Positions 25,291 through 38,188 of a DNA stretch of 64,000 nt are shown piece by piece. A program made the position numbers and the translations under genes. The stretch lies in assembly GCA_951406725.2 (NCBI GenBank), contig OX597822.1, positions 82,336,001 through 82,400,000 of the forward strand. The letters run 5' to 3'. Origin of the DNA: Octopus vulgaris. Lineage: Eukaryota. The notes below the pieces were generated by a model. The model ran no database searches. It had not been told where the DNA came from and saw nothing but the letters and a program-made list of their open reading frames with translations. Numbering within the stretch: the stretch's first letter is position 1; the number at the start of each line of letters is the position of its first letter.

Positions 25291-26115
25291 TAGACAGGCA
25301 AATTCATCACGACCTCTCAGCCTGTCCAACATCGCCAACCCCACCTCACTTTTCGTTAAGTTAATTAACCTAACCTATATAGGGGTGGGGGGCGGATGTG
25401 TTGATAATAAACTGTTTTTTATGATCTTTTAATGAGATGAAAGCTATTTGCTTAGATTGGACATTTAGTGTTTCCTACAGGTAGAGAAAGATTTCTGGCT
25501 GTACCTCTTAAATGTGAATATGTTATATGTGGCGGTTGATTGTATATGTGTGCATGTGTACATGTGTGTGTATGTATATCTGTGTGTATGTGTGTATGTA
25601 TGTATACTCTATACACATATATACATATACATATGGAATATGTATATATATATATATCATCATCATCATCGTCATCATTTAACAGCCACCCACCCTCTCC
25701 CTATTTCCCATTCAACTTTCTCAGCTACTCTTCCCCACCACCACCACCACCACCATCCTCTGGCCTCTTAAAATTTTACCTTTGTTTTTACTTCCAAATC
25801 ACCTCTTATTGAACAGACTTATGATAAAGGACTCTCCAGCAGTGACCATTTCAACAGTTTGTTTTGCCACTATTACATTATCCAAAATATGATTCTTTTT
25901 CTCTTTTTTTTTTATCTTAATATGTGAATTTGTGAAAGATTTGGCTGCTGTTTCTAGCATTCCCAGAAGCTTTCTTTGAGATTGACTTACAATTTTGTTG
26001 CTGTGATTGTTTAAACCCAGATTATCCCTGATCAAACAAATCCATGAACAAAATTATTCCTACCATGGCCATCCTAACTTTTATTTCAAACATAGTGTAA
26101 CCAGGACTACATTTT

Positions 26116-26535
26116 ACCTTTTACTTGTTTCGGTTATTAGACTGTGGCCATGCTGGGGCACCGCCTTGAAGCGTTTTAGTTGAACAGATCAACTTCGGGA
26201 CTTTTTTGTTAAGTTTGGCATTTATTCTATCAGTCTCTTTTGCTGAACCACTAAGTTACAGGGATGTAATCAAACCAACACTGTCAAGTGGTGGTGGTCA
26301 AACACACACATCAACACACACACTTACACATACACACGCATACACATACACCCACACACACACACATGTATATATGACAGGCTTCTTTCAGTTTCCATTT
26401 ACAAGAATCGCTCACAAGGTTTTGATCGACTCAAGGCTATAGTAGAAGGCACTTTCTCAAAGTGCTACACAGTGATACTAAACCCAGAACCATGTGGTTG
26501 AGAAGCAAGCCCTTTGCCACACAGCCATGCTTGTT
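26116..26535 (-). mobile_element. SINE family B nested in a family F copy
   Basis: The F copy stops at ggactacatt and resumes at tacattaaccagtg after the SINE. Confidence 0.75.
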
Positions 26536-28419
26536 ACATTAACCAGTGTTTCCCATTCTGAACAGAGGTGGAAGTAATTTGAGGGAAATTTGGCTGCTAT
26601 TTCTAACAGGCCAAAGGAAGCAATTCTCTTCTTTTAACCAAGCCCAGTCTCCCAAGAATTACAATGATTATTTTTTTTAAATGCAGTTGAGGGAATTTAG
26701 TTACCATTTCTACTGGGTCAAGCAACCATGTAGAAGCTTTCTCATAAATCAATTTAATTTTGTTGCTGTTGTTTAACCCCAAGTCCACCCTGATCTAACA
26801 CAACTCCAGTGAAAAAGCAATCCAACCATGACAACATCTTTCTTTGAAGAGAGTGACATCAGAATAGCATTTAACCAATGTGTCTACTAAGTGTTTTTTT
26901 TTCTTTGTTTTTGTTCTTTTAAAGCTTATAAGGTGTGATTGAGGGAGATTTAGCTGTTCTTTCTAACAACTCAGTAATCACATGACGATTGTCTTGTCGA
27001 TTCCACTGAGAGCTGATGTCTGTGAGACGGGGGCGGGGAGTGGCAGGAATTTCCATAGAGTGCAGTTTTACTTACACCTTTCTCTTCTCTGTATCAATGC
27101 AGATCTGCTGTGATGCAGTAGGAATTCTCTGCCTACGCACACTGCACAATCTGCTGTGGCAGCAGACACGACGATGCTGCTGGTGTAGCCGGTGATTGTG
27201 GTAGTTGTAACTGTGATGCGATAAGATGGTGATGGTGGTGACGGTTGCTGTTTAGCACCGGGTCTGGCCGGGTTGAGTAGACTTATGATCAAAGGCTTTC
27301 CACTCTTGACTATCCCAGCTTTTAGTATACGAGGAATTACATTGTCTCATGTATCAACATTTTTTTTAGAGACACAGAGATATACTTGAGGGAATTTGAT
27401 TGCTATTTCTAGCAAATCTATTGACCACATAATGATAATGGTGGTGGTGGTGGTGGTGGTGGTGGTGGTAGTAGAGGGGGCGACGACAGCGGTGGCAGTG
27501 GTGGTGGTATATGGCAGTGTTAAATGCAGGTTAGAATCGTGTTGGATGTAGTATCAGATTGTGGTGGGTCAGTGGTGGTAGTAGTGACTGTCATTGTTGT
27601 GTAGCCCCAGGTAAGACTTGATTGAGTAGATCTATGATCAAAGGCCCTCTAGCCATGACAGTCCTGGCTTTTATCTACATAGAGTGAACCAAGGGCAATC
27701 TTATCCAAGGTGTCCTTTTTCTAAGACAATAAAGGTGGGATTTGAGGGAGATTTGACTATCATTTCTAGTAAATTGAGTGACCACATAGAGGCTTCCTCA
27801 TTGGTCACTAGATAGTAATGATGGGGTGATGATGATGGGGGTGGCTGGAATGTGATTATGGTTGTTGTTGTTGTTATTGTTGTTCAGCCCCAGGCAAGCC
27901 ATGATTGAGTAGATTCATATTTCAAATGCATTCAAACCTCATTTCATATTTTCCTCAGGCATTCTAAACCAAATACCATATTCTTCAAAAGTAAGATGTG
28001 ATCTGGGGAAGATTTTGCTACTATATTTAGCAAGATAACTGTTCATGTAGGGGCTAACTTTTTTGGTTTGATGGAGTCGATTGTTATGTTGGCATTGATG
28101 ATGATGATGATGAGTTATCATTGTTGTTTAGCTTCAGGTAAACCCTGATCAAGCATTGTTATGACCAAAGATATTTCTTCCAGTTATGGGCATCCTGCTT
28201 TTATTTTTATTTTTTCCTATTTTATTTTCATATTTATGACCCCTTTCAAAGTTTCCTTCTTCAAGTTGGTAGGGTATAAATATAAAGGCCATATGGTTGC
28301 TATTTCTACCAGTTTGAGTGACCATTTAGAGCAGTTGTGGGCAAACTGCAGTTTGCAGAACTTTCTGAATGGTGCACCTAACCAAAAATTACTTTGAATC
28401 TTTTAAGTAGTGTGGCCAC

Positions 28420-28541
28420 CTGATGATGAACCATGCCCCATGCAGCCTACCTAATGATGAACCATGCCCCATGCAGCCTACATGATGGTGAACCATGCCC
28501 CATGCAGCCTACCTGATGGTGAACCATGCCCCATGTGGCCC
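28420..28541. repeat. 31-bp minisatellite, about 4 units
   Basis: ctgatgatgaaccatgccccatgcagcctac-like units start at 28420, 28451, 28482 and 28513. Confidence 0.9.
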
Positions 28542-30429
28542 ACTTCTTGAACAAGGTTACTGCCTAAGCCTGATGTAGAGACATCCTCATTGGCAGTTTT
28601 AGAGACAGGTGGTGGTGGTAGTGGTGGTGGTGGTGGTGGTGGTGGTGGTGGTGGTGGTGGTGGTGGTGGTGGTGGTGGTGTTGGTGGAAGTAATGTTTAG
28701 CCCCAGGTCAGCTCTGTTCAAATAGACAAATGATTAAAGTAGTCTACCCATGACCAACCTGTCTTATTTTCAGACAATATTCAGGACTACATAATCCAAT
28801 GTGTCCTTCTCTTTTATAAACATTAAGGCACAGTTTGAGGGATAGTTTGGTTGCTATTTCTATCAAGGCAAACAATCACATAATTCTCCCTTTATTAGCG
28901 CAGTTTTATTGTTGTTGTTTCACTTTAAATCAACCCTATCCAGGCAAACCTTTGATCAAAGACATTTCATCTATGACCATCCCATCTTGAGATTACCCAC
29001 AGTTACATTACCTAATGTGTCCATTATCTTTAAGACGGCAGGATGTTATTTGTAGTGGACTTGGCTGTCATTTCTTGCAGGTTGAGCCACTGCACAGGAG
29101 TTCTTTTGTTGTCTCAAGGTTTGTTTTAGTAATGGTGGTGAGGAGTACAATGATGATTATGATGATGATGATGTTTAATGTAATGAGGACAATGACGATG
29201 GTGATGATGATAATGATGAAGATGATGATGTTGATGATGACAATGGTGATGATGGTGATGATAAGGATGAAGATGATGTTGATGATGACAATGGTGATGA
29301 TGGTGATGATAATGATGAAGATGATGATGTTGATGATGACAATGGTGATGATGGTGATGATAATGATGAAGATGATGATGATGATGATGTTGGTGATGAT
29401 GATGTCAATAATGATGGACCATAATGATGATAATGATGATATTTAGTCTCCCCCTCCCTTCACACACACATCTGGTCTTGTCCCACTGACGGCCCCTTGA
29501 CCAAAGACATTTCTGCCCATAAAGGTCACATCTTTTAATATAACGAAATTACATTTTCCAACATAGCCTTCCTGTTTGTTTGGGTTTTTTGGGGGTTTTT
29601 TTTTTTTTGTTTTGGTTTGATTTTTAAGATAGTAAGGCTTGTAATTTGGACATTCGGCTGCCATTACTAGCAGTTTATTCAACCATAAAGAGGTTTGCTA
29701 ATTAACTCAAAAAATGATGAACTATGACAAAAATAATGCTGGTGATGACACTTGTGAAGATGATGACAATGGTGGTGGTGGTGGTGGTGGTGGTGATAGT
29801 GGTTATGGTGATGGCAGTGGTGTTGGTGGCTGTCATAGTGGCGGTGGTGGTGGTGGTGGTGGTGGTGTTGCTTATGATAGCCATAGCAATAATGATATTG
29901 TTGATGATAATGATGGTGAAGTAGATTGATAATGTCGATGATGATCATTGTGATGATGATGTTGATGGTCTCAGTAATGCTGATGATGGTAGTGATGATG
30001 GTGGTGGCGGTGGTGGTGTTGGTAGTGGTAGTGATATTGTTAATGTATCGAAAGCTGTAGAGTAATGGTTAATGATATTATTGGTAAAAGGTGGTGGTGG
30101 TGGTGGTGGGTGGTAGTTGGAGTGGCAGTAGTTACAATAGTGTTGGTTGTAGTAGTAGTAGTAGTAGTAGTAGTGATTATAATGCCACTGCTGATAATGC
30201 TGTTGCTCCTGCTACTGAAGACGGTGATGATGATGCTGAGTTTAGTAGTAGCAGTAGTGGTGGTGGTGGTGGTGGTGGTGGTGGCAGTAAAATAGGAGAA
30301 CTGGAAGGAAGCTTATCAAGGTGACTTTGTTAAACAATCCTACCACATTCCATGGTTGCACATACACACACAAACACACAGACACACACAGAGACACCTG
30401 ATGTGCAGAGGTGGTTAACTAAAAGATAT

Positions 30430-30500
30430 AGTCATGAGTGTGTGTGTGTATGTATATTTACATATATGTATGTATGTATGTATGTATGTGTCTGCGCATG

Positions 30501-30539
<39 letters not shown>

Positions 30540-30721
30540 ATGTATGTATGTATGTATGTATGTATGTATGTGTGTATGCATATATATGTGCACACAAAAG
30601 CAGACACAGACTGAAAACAGACACTAGCTTTCACATATTTATACTCCTACACATAAACACGTGTGTCACATTATACACACCTGTCTACACATACATCATT
30701 AGCATTAGCTTATATACATAC

Positions 30722-30777
<56 letters not shown>

Positions 30778-30891
30778 TCTATATATTTATATATATATGT
30801 CTATATAAATATATGTGTATGTATGAATGTATTTATGTATACATGTGTATGTGTATGTATATATATACACACACACATATATACTCGTGTG

Positions 30892-30929
<38 letters not shown>

Positions 30930-30939
30930 TATCTATATA

Positions 30940-30975
<36 letters not shown>

Positions 30976-31059
30976 CACACATACATACATATATATGTGT
31001 GTGTGTGTATATATATATGGGCATTCATATAGTTATAATATTACTACATATATATATAT

Positions 31060-31109
<50 letters not shown>

Positions 31110-31121
31110 ATATATATATAT

Positions 31122-31157
<36 letters not shown>

Positions 31158-31260
31158 GGATATGTACATATACATACATATATATTTATGTGTGTGTATA
31201 TATATATATATATATACATACACACTCACACACATACACGTGCTTACACACCCACATACA
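30430..31260. repeat. Long compound TA/TG/TATG microsatellite field
   Basis: Direct reading. Confidence 0.95.
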
Positions 31261-31794
31261 CAATCAATAAAGCATGTCAGGTTGTGGATTCACAAATTAT
31301 GGACATTCCCTGTTAGCATCAGCCATGTTCATCAGAGCCTGACAAAAGGTGGCAATATGAGAATGGTTGCCAGTGAGCAGATGGTAAGGGAAAACTCCTG
31401 CACTGGTAGAGCCCTGTGTGAAATATAACATACATCCAGATCTATCTACACACACACACACACACACACACAAGCATACACATAAATACACATGCATATA
31501 TATAGTTTCATGATGTATTACGATTATATTTATCATTCATATGTATAGATGCAAATATATATATAATATACATACACACACACACACAAATGTGTATATA
31601 TCATCATCACCATCCCCATCATCATCAACATCATTCAACACCCACTTTTCTGTGCTTATATGGATCAAACAGAATTTGTTGAGGCAGACTTTCTACAGCT
31701 GCATGCCTTTCCTGTCACCAACCCTCATCTGTATCGAAGCAAGGCAATAGTTCACATGTATGACGGTGAGGCTTGTTTACAACCATCACATGAT

Positions 31795-32126
31795 CATTAT
31801 TTATATTACTTACATTATTTACATTTGACGATATTTGTCCTCATCTTTTTTTTGTTGTTAACACGTTTCGGCTGATATACCTTCCAGCCTTCATCAGGTG
31901 TCCTGGGGAAATTTCGAACCTGGGTTCTCATTCCTAAGGTATTTTTCGATGTATTTTTCAATACCTCAGGAATGAAAACCCAGGTTCAAAATTTCCCCAA
32001 GACACCTGATGAAGGCTGGAGGGTATATCAGCCGAAACATTATGTTAACAACAAACAGGATGAGGACAAATATCCCTCAAATGTAAAATAATGTACATAA
32101 TTCCTCATCTCTTAAATATAGAACTG
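31795..32126. mobile_element. Penelope-like inverted pseudo-LTR insertion with a hammerhead in each arm and an 11-bp TSD
   Basis: Arms ~31811-31943 and 31960-32095; catcacatgat duplicated at 31784-31794 and 32127-32137. Confidence 0.8.
32001..32046 (+). ncRNA. Minimal type I hammerhead ribozyme motif (mirror copy on minus at 31858-31902)
   Basis: GACAC CTGATGA aGGCTG gagggtatat CAGCC GAAA CA TT ATGTT; the mirror keeps GAAACG. Confidence 0.7.
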
Positions 32127-32153
32127 CATCACATGATGTCAAAACAAGAGTAT

Positions 32154-32210
<57 letters not shown>

Positions 32211-32522
32211 TATACAGTCAACTTCAGTGAGTTTCCGTCTACCAAATCCACTCACAAGACTTTGCTTGGACCCGAACCATAGTGGAATACTCTTGTCCTA
32301 GGGGCTGTGAAGTTGAACTGAACCGAAGACCACATGTTTGGGAAGCAAGCTTGTTAACCACACAGCCACACCCACCCAAACCCTCTAAATGTGTGCGCAT
32401 GCATGCGTGCATCTGTGCGTGTGTTTGTGTGTGTGTATACACACACACTCACCTCACATGTATGTATGTATGTATATATATATATATATAGATATAGATA
32501 TATATATATATATATATATATA

Positions 32523-32569
<47 letters not shown>

Positions 32570-32773
32570 TGAAATTCCAGAAATAAAACGTTTAGAATTT
32601 CTCCTTGATTCAAAAAAAAACTATAGTTGTGCAGTCAGAACTTAGAAAGCAAATGTCTTGGTTAAATTTGGGTTGGCATCAAGGAGAAGATGATGATAAT
32701 GATGATGGCACTATATAAATAAATATACATCATAAATATTAATTATCAATTATATATATATTAATTTTTAAAT

Positions 32774-32809
<36 letters not shown>

Positions 32810-33119
32810 ATATTTCGGAATGGTCATATTGCCAGTTTAGCCAATAAAAAAATCTTGCACAACAAATATTTAAACGTATATATATATATATATATATATA
32901 AATTGAAATGTACAGAAATTATGTATCTATTACAGCCAGTCTTACCCACTCTATTGGCAAATATACGAGTACATATTTTTTTATGACTTATATGCATGTA
33001 TGTATGTCATTATTCAGTTTGTTTCAAGATTTCTTGCCAATAGAAAAGGAACTGGTTTCTGATCTAGATCCAAGGTTCCTTCTTTGGAATTTCAACATCA
33101 ACAACAGAGTATTTTTGTT

Positions 33120-33150
<31 letters not shown>

Positions 33151-33404
33151 ATGTATGTATGTATGTATGTATGTATGCATGTATGTATGCATGTTTGTAT
33201 AATGGTATTCTTTGATGCAAAACACTTTACCAGAATTTTTCAATTAGGCATCTTGTATCCTATAGTCTGTTACATCATCAAAGCAAGGGCAATCTAGGTT
33301 TTTAGAGAAAAAAGTTGCATAACGTCAGAATAAAGATAAAACCAAAAGTTAATATTTTGGAATCTTTTCACATGTGTTTCTAGCAATTACGCAAAATAAT
33401 TCTT

Positions 33405-33950
33405 ACATGGTAACATCCTCATCAACACAAAGAATTCCCCATAGGCAACTGGTCTTAAACTCCCATTATAGCCTAGATCATAGGTTCTCAAAGTTGGTGC
33501 TACTGCCCCATGCCCCACTGTGGGTGTTGTAATGGTCCAGGCAGGCGGTAGAGAAAAAGGAGACATTGGGAGGAAGGCAGTGGATTAGGGGAGGCTATGA
33601 ATTTATTATATTATTATAGTATTGTATACAAATTATATGATATTATATCAAATATCAAACGATTCATAGTATATATATATTAGTAAAATATAAAATATTT
33701 ATACATAAATATAGGGGTGGGGTGCTGAGGCTATTATGTGGCCATGAGAGGGGTGGTGGGCCAAAATATTTGAGAACCTCTGGCCTAGAGGACATCAATG
33801 AATAGAAGGGCCCTGATAACTGAACCTTGGTGAACTCCTACCTGTACATTAAACTCATTACTGACCCTGCTGACAGCATGCCTGTACATCACTTTTATGG
33901 TTCTTAGAAGTCATTTGTCTACTCCTAGGTTTGGAAGTCAAAGATATTGC
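33405..33950 (-). pseudogene. RTE-clade LINE reverse transcriptase fragment interrupted by a MITE
   Basis: Minus strand: LGVDK*LLRTIKVMY..NEFNVQVGVHQGSVIRALLFIDVL, continuing past the MITE as FKTSCLWGILCVDE (degenerate WELLYADD). Confidence 0.75.
33479..33782. mobile_element. hAT-type MITE
   Basis: TIRs cataggttctcaaa / tttgagaacctctg; TSD gcctagat / gcctagag. Confidence 0.8.
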
Positions 33951-34084
33951 AGATTATGTGGGAGTGCTGAAAAGTTCCTGGCTTTAAGGGTATAATGAAA
34001 GGCCTGGGTAGGGATCTGACTTTCCGAGTTCTTTTACAAAACTGAAGGATCCTTGTAATAAGTGTGGGAAACTGAGTGGGCAAT

Positions 34085-34750
34085 ATCATCATCATCCTCA
34101 TCATCATCATCGTGTAACGTCCGTTTCCCATGCCGGCATGGGTTTGACGATTCGACTGGGGTCTGGGAAGCCAGAAGGCTACACCAGGCCCCAATCTGAT
34201 CGGGCAATGTTTCTACAGCTGGATGCCCTTCCTACTGCCAACCACTCCGAGAGTGTAGTGGGTGCTTTTTACGTGCCATGGCACAGGGGCCAGGGGAGCT
34301 GGCATCAACCACGATCGGATGGTGCTTTTTACATGCCACTGGCACAGAAGCCAGTCAAAGGGGCACTGGCATCAGCCATGTTTGGATGGTGCTTTTTACG
34401 TGCCACTAGTACAAGGGCCAGTCAGGCGGTTCTGGCAACGACCCTGCTCAAAAGGTGTTTTTTACATGCTACCTGCATGCAAGCCAGTCCTGTGGCACTG
34501 GCAACAACCATGCTTGAAAGATGTTTTACATATGCCACCAGCACATGTGCCAATAAGGCGACATTCGCAGCGATCATGCTCAAATGGTACTTTTTATGTG
34601 CCACCAGCATGGAAGCCAATCCGTGGCCCTGGCAACGGTCACGCTTGGATGTGCTTTTAATGTTCCACTGGTACAAGTGCCAATCAGTCAGTACAATCAT
34701 CGGCCATGTCAGCAATTTTGATTTTGATTTCACTTGCCTCAATAGGTCTA
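34085..34750 (-). mobile_element. RTE LINE 3'UTR or RTE-tailed retroposon (family C) with an internal ~55-bp minisatellite and (GAT)n tail
   Basis: tttctacagctggatgcccttcct block plus repeated ggtgctttttacgtgcca units; the same UTR follows RTE coding remnants at 52200, 54712 and 63320. Confidence 0.8.
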
Positions 34751-34752
34751 AT

Positions 34753-34816
<64 letters not shown>

Positions 34817-35578
34817 ACTAGTTTTACTAAACAGTTTATATAAAGTGTATACTTAATATACACTCACCTGTTTAGAGTTAATCTATTTATTCAATCTATT
34901 TCTAGAACTACCATTATTTAGAATCTATCCTTTTCTTTTTCTTCTTCCATGTTGTTTCAAAACATTCTTTACTTTCCAATGTTTCTCTTTCTTTTTTTAA
35001 TACATATTGATCAAATATATTGTAGATATCATCTCCATATTTCAATTTGGTTTTAATTTAGAAATTCTAATACTTGAATAATAAATATTCTTATTTCACA
35101 AATTCTTTTGACCTCCACATTAATCTTCTTCTTCTTCTTCTTCTTCTTCTTCTTCTTCTTCTTCTTCTTCTTCTTCTTCTTCTTCTTCTTCTTCTTCTTC
35201 TTCTTCTTCTTCTTCTCCTCCTCCTCCTCCCCCTCCTCCTTTTCTTTCTGCCCATTATTTCTGTTCTCTTCCTTTTCTCTCTCTCTCTCCCTCCTTCTCC
35301 CCCTCTCTCTCCCCCTTTCCCATGCATATCTACAGTGTCTTTTTCCCTCCTCTTCTTCCCCTTCCCTTATCACCCACTTATCTTTTCCACTTTTAGTATT
35401 TTTTTTAACTTTTTCTAAAACTCATCCAATAAGATACATTTTCCCCAACTTTTCTGGGTAGATTTATCCAATCAAAATTCACTTTGGTTTTTTAAATAAG
35501 TTCCATGCCTGTCTTTAATTATCTTCTTAATGCCTGTCAGTCTGTTTCTGTCTTTCAGCCTGAGTGTTGCTGTGTGTA

Positions 35579-35645
<67 letters not shown>

Positions 35646-36008
35646 TTACACAGACACACAGTTAGACAGACAGACAGACAGGCAGACAGGCAGATAGATA
35701 TCGAGCTACTGTTAGTTTCATGCTGTGGAAACAATAATCTGACAAACTTGTAAAGCATGTCTTGTGTTTCCAAGCAATGTTTCAGATGCAAAGATATGAT
35801 GGAATTCCACAGTTTCCATCCACCATATTCACTCACTAGGCATTGGTCAGCTGAAGGCTTTAGTAAAAGTCACATGCTCGAGGTGGCACACTGTGGGACT
35901 GAACCTCAACATCAAGCCACATGGCTGCAACACAAGCTTCTTAACCACACAGCCACACCTATGCCTATATACATACAAACACACACACAAACACAACAGA
36001 CATTAAAA

Positions 36009-36041
<33 letters not shown>

Positions 36042-36088
36042 ATATTATATGAAGTGTACAGTACTATATATCCATTACAGCTGATCTT

Positions 36089-36165
36089 ACTGATAGGTTT
36101 CGCACTGGGGGTTCAACGGGATGTTAAGTAACACCCTGATTATGTAAACCTGTACTCTTCAGAGT
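36089..36165 (-). ncRNA. Hammerhead motif with extended stem II
   Basis: Minus strand: ACT CTGAAGA GTAC [long insert with gggtgtta/taacatcc hairpin] GTGC GAAA CCTA TC AGT. Confidence 0.5.
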
Positions 36166-36469
36166 TGGTAGTTATGGAAGTAAATATGGCAACTGGTCTC
36201 TATTGTTGGAGATCTACCTATGCCATTGACAAATATATGAGTGCATATTTTTCTGAGATTTAGATTCTTAGACAATATACATATATATATACGCCCTTCC
36301 TGATGCCAACTCATGGAGTAGTTGGCGTTAGGAAGGGCATCCAGCTGTAGAAACGCTGCCAGATCAGACTGGAGCCTGGTGCAGCCTCCTGGCTTCCCAG
36401 ACCCTGGTCAAACCATCCAACCTGTGCTAGCACAGAAAACAGACGTTAAATGATAATGATGATTTATAT

Positions 36470-36527
<58 letters not shown>

Positions 36528-36574
36528 GAATATATGTATGTATATATATATATGTATGTATATACATATATATA

Positions 36575-36807
36575 GGGAGAGTTTACGAAAAAAACAAAAG
36601 ATGAAGACAGGTGGTGTACAAAACAAACAGATGTATTAGTATAATGCTCAGGAATAGAAAAAGTCTTTTACATTTCGAGCCTACGCTCTTCTACAGAAAG
36701 GGACACAGAAAAAACAAGGAGAGAAAAAAATGTGTCTAGTGGCTAACGATCTATCATGGCGACTGCCAGCCAGAAGAGTCACACACGAGAGGTAAGAAGA
36801 CTGGGAG

Positions 36808-36810
<3 letters not shown>
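36575..36810 (-). mobile_element. Second copy of the 5315-5505 TA-embedded element; hammerhead-like motif at 36665-36700
   Basis: Minus strand: CTTT CTGTAGA aGAGC gtag GCTC GAAA TG TA AAAG; (TA)n on both sides. Confidence 0.65.
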
Positions 36811-36839
<29 letters not shown>

Positions 36840-37107
36840 AGTTTAAAAAATGTATAATAAATGCACAAACGGATGGAAAACAGACACAGAATGGTAAGCT
36901 GAAAAAGTGTGTGTGTGTTTTATGTATGTATGTATGTATGTATGTATATATGCATAGAATGAATGGACAATCATGATCCCAAATTGAATTTCCTCAGATC
37001 TACGACTCTCAGATATGAGATGTTTATGCAAGGTGGATAATTTTGTTTTTCAATTTCTTTTCCATATTGTTTTAGCATACCAAAACAAAACATACAACAA
37101 AATCCAA

Positions 37108-37152
<45 letters not shown>

Positions 37153-37408
37153 TGCCTATTTCTGTATTACATTTATGTTTTACATTTAAAACTTGTTTCT
37201 GGGGGTGAAAATCTTAGCGATGTTTAGAAATTCTTCCATATTCACCTCATATTTTTTGTTGTTGCTGTTGTTGTTGTTACTGTTTGTTTTGTTATTTATT
37301 AATATTTTTCTTGTTATATTTTATGGATTGCTTTTACAGATGTTGCTTTTTATTTTGTTTTGTTTTGTTGTTTCCCTTCAATTTTCTGGATATTTTTATA
37401 TTTATTAC

Positions 37409-37457
<49 letters not shown>

Positions 37458-38188
37458 CTTCTTCTTCTTCTTCTTCTTCTTCTTCTTCTTCTTCTTCTTC
37501 TTCTTCTTCTTCTTTTTCTTCTTCTTCTTCTTACTGCCAAAGGTTTCTTACCATTGCAGTTGTTGCTGCTGCTTCATTTTCCGCTGCAGTAATTGTTGTT
37601 GGTGGTGTTGGTGATGTTATGTTGTTGTCTTTTGCTTACAAACATCCAGTCACAATTCTTCTTCCAACCGCCCCGCCTCCCACCGCCCCTCCTCCCTCCT
37701 CAATAATGTTGTATTTGTTGTTGTTGTTGCTTCCTTGGTGTGATTGTTGCCAATATTGTTGTTGTTTTAACCTGTGGTTAGCGTTACAGTTATTTCTTAA
37801 CCATCATCATCATTGTCATCCTCGTTTAACATCTGTTTTCCATGCTGTCATGGGTTGGATAGTTTGACCAGAGATGGCCAGTCAGTCGGCTGCACCAGGT
37901 GCTTCAAATGTCTGTTTTGTCATGCTTCCTATGGCTGGATGCCCTTCCTAATGCCAACCACTACAGATTATACTTCTCACATGGCAGTAGCACATTTTAT
38001 GTGAGACCCATTTGAGTGCTTTATACATGGCACCAGCACAGGTGCTCTTTATGTGACACCAGCATTGGTGTTAGGTGCTTTTTATGTAGTGCCACCATGG
38101 GTGTTTCATACAAGGCACCAGCACAAGTGCTTTACATGTGACATCAACATGGGTGCTTTTTACATCATACCAGCATGGCTGCTTTATA

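Larger units (their letters stand above)
25800..29700 (-). repeat. Cluster of about 11 same-orientation copies of family F separated by GGT/GAT/GTT microsatellites
   Basis: Recurring tttagccccaggt..ctgatcaa..tatgatcaaag..ccatgac..actacatt..atttgagggagatttggctgctatttctag..accacataga. Confidence 0.75.

Noticed and set aside
28420-28541. CTGATGA in the 31-bp tandem repeat as a hammerhead core
   Set aside because: No stem II or GAAA follows
31300-31345. Minus-strand CTGATGA followed by a short hairpin
   Set aside because: No GAAA or stem I; not called as a hammerhead
34138-34821. 227-aa ORF with a complex-looking sequence
   Set aside because: Antisense reading of the family C UTR and its minisatellite; related peptides recur at every copy
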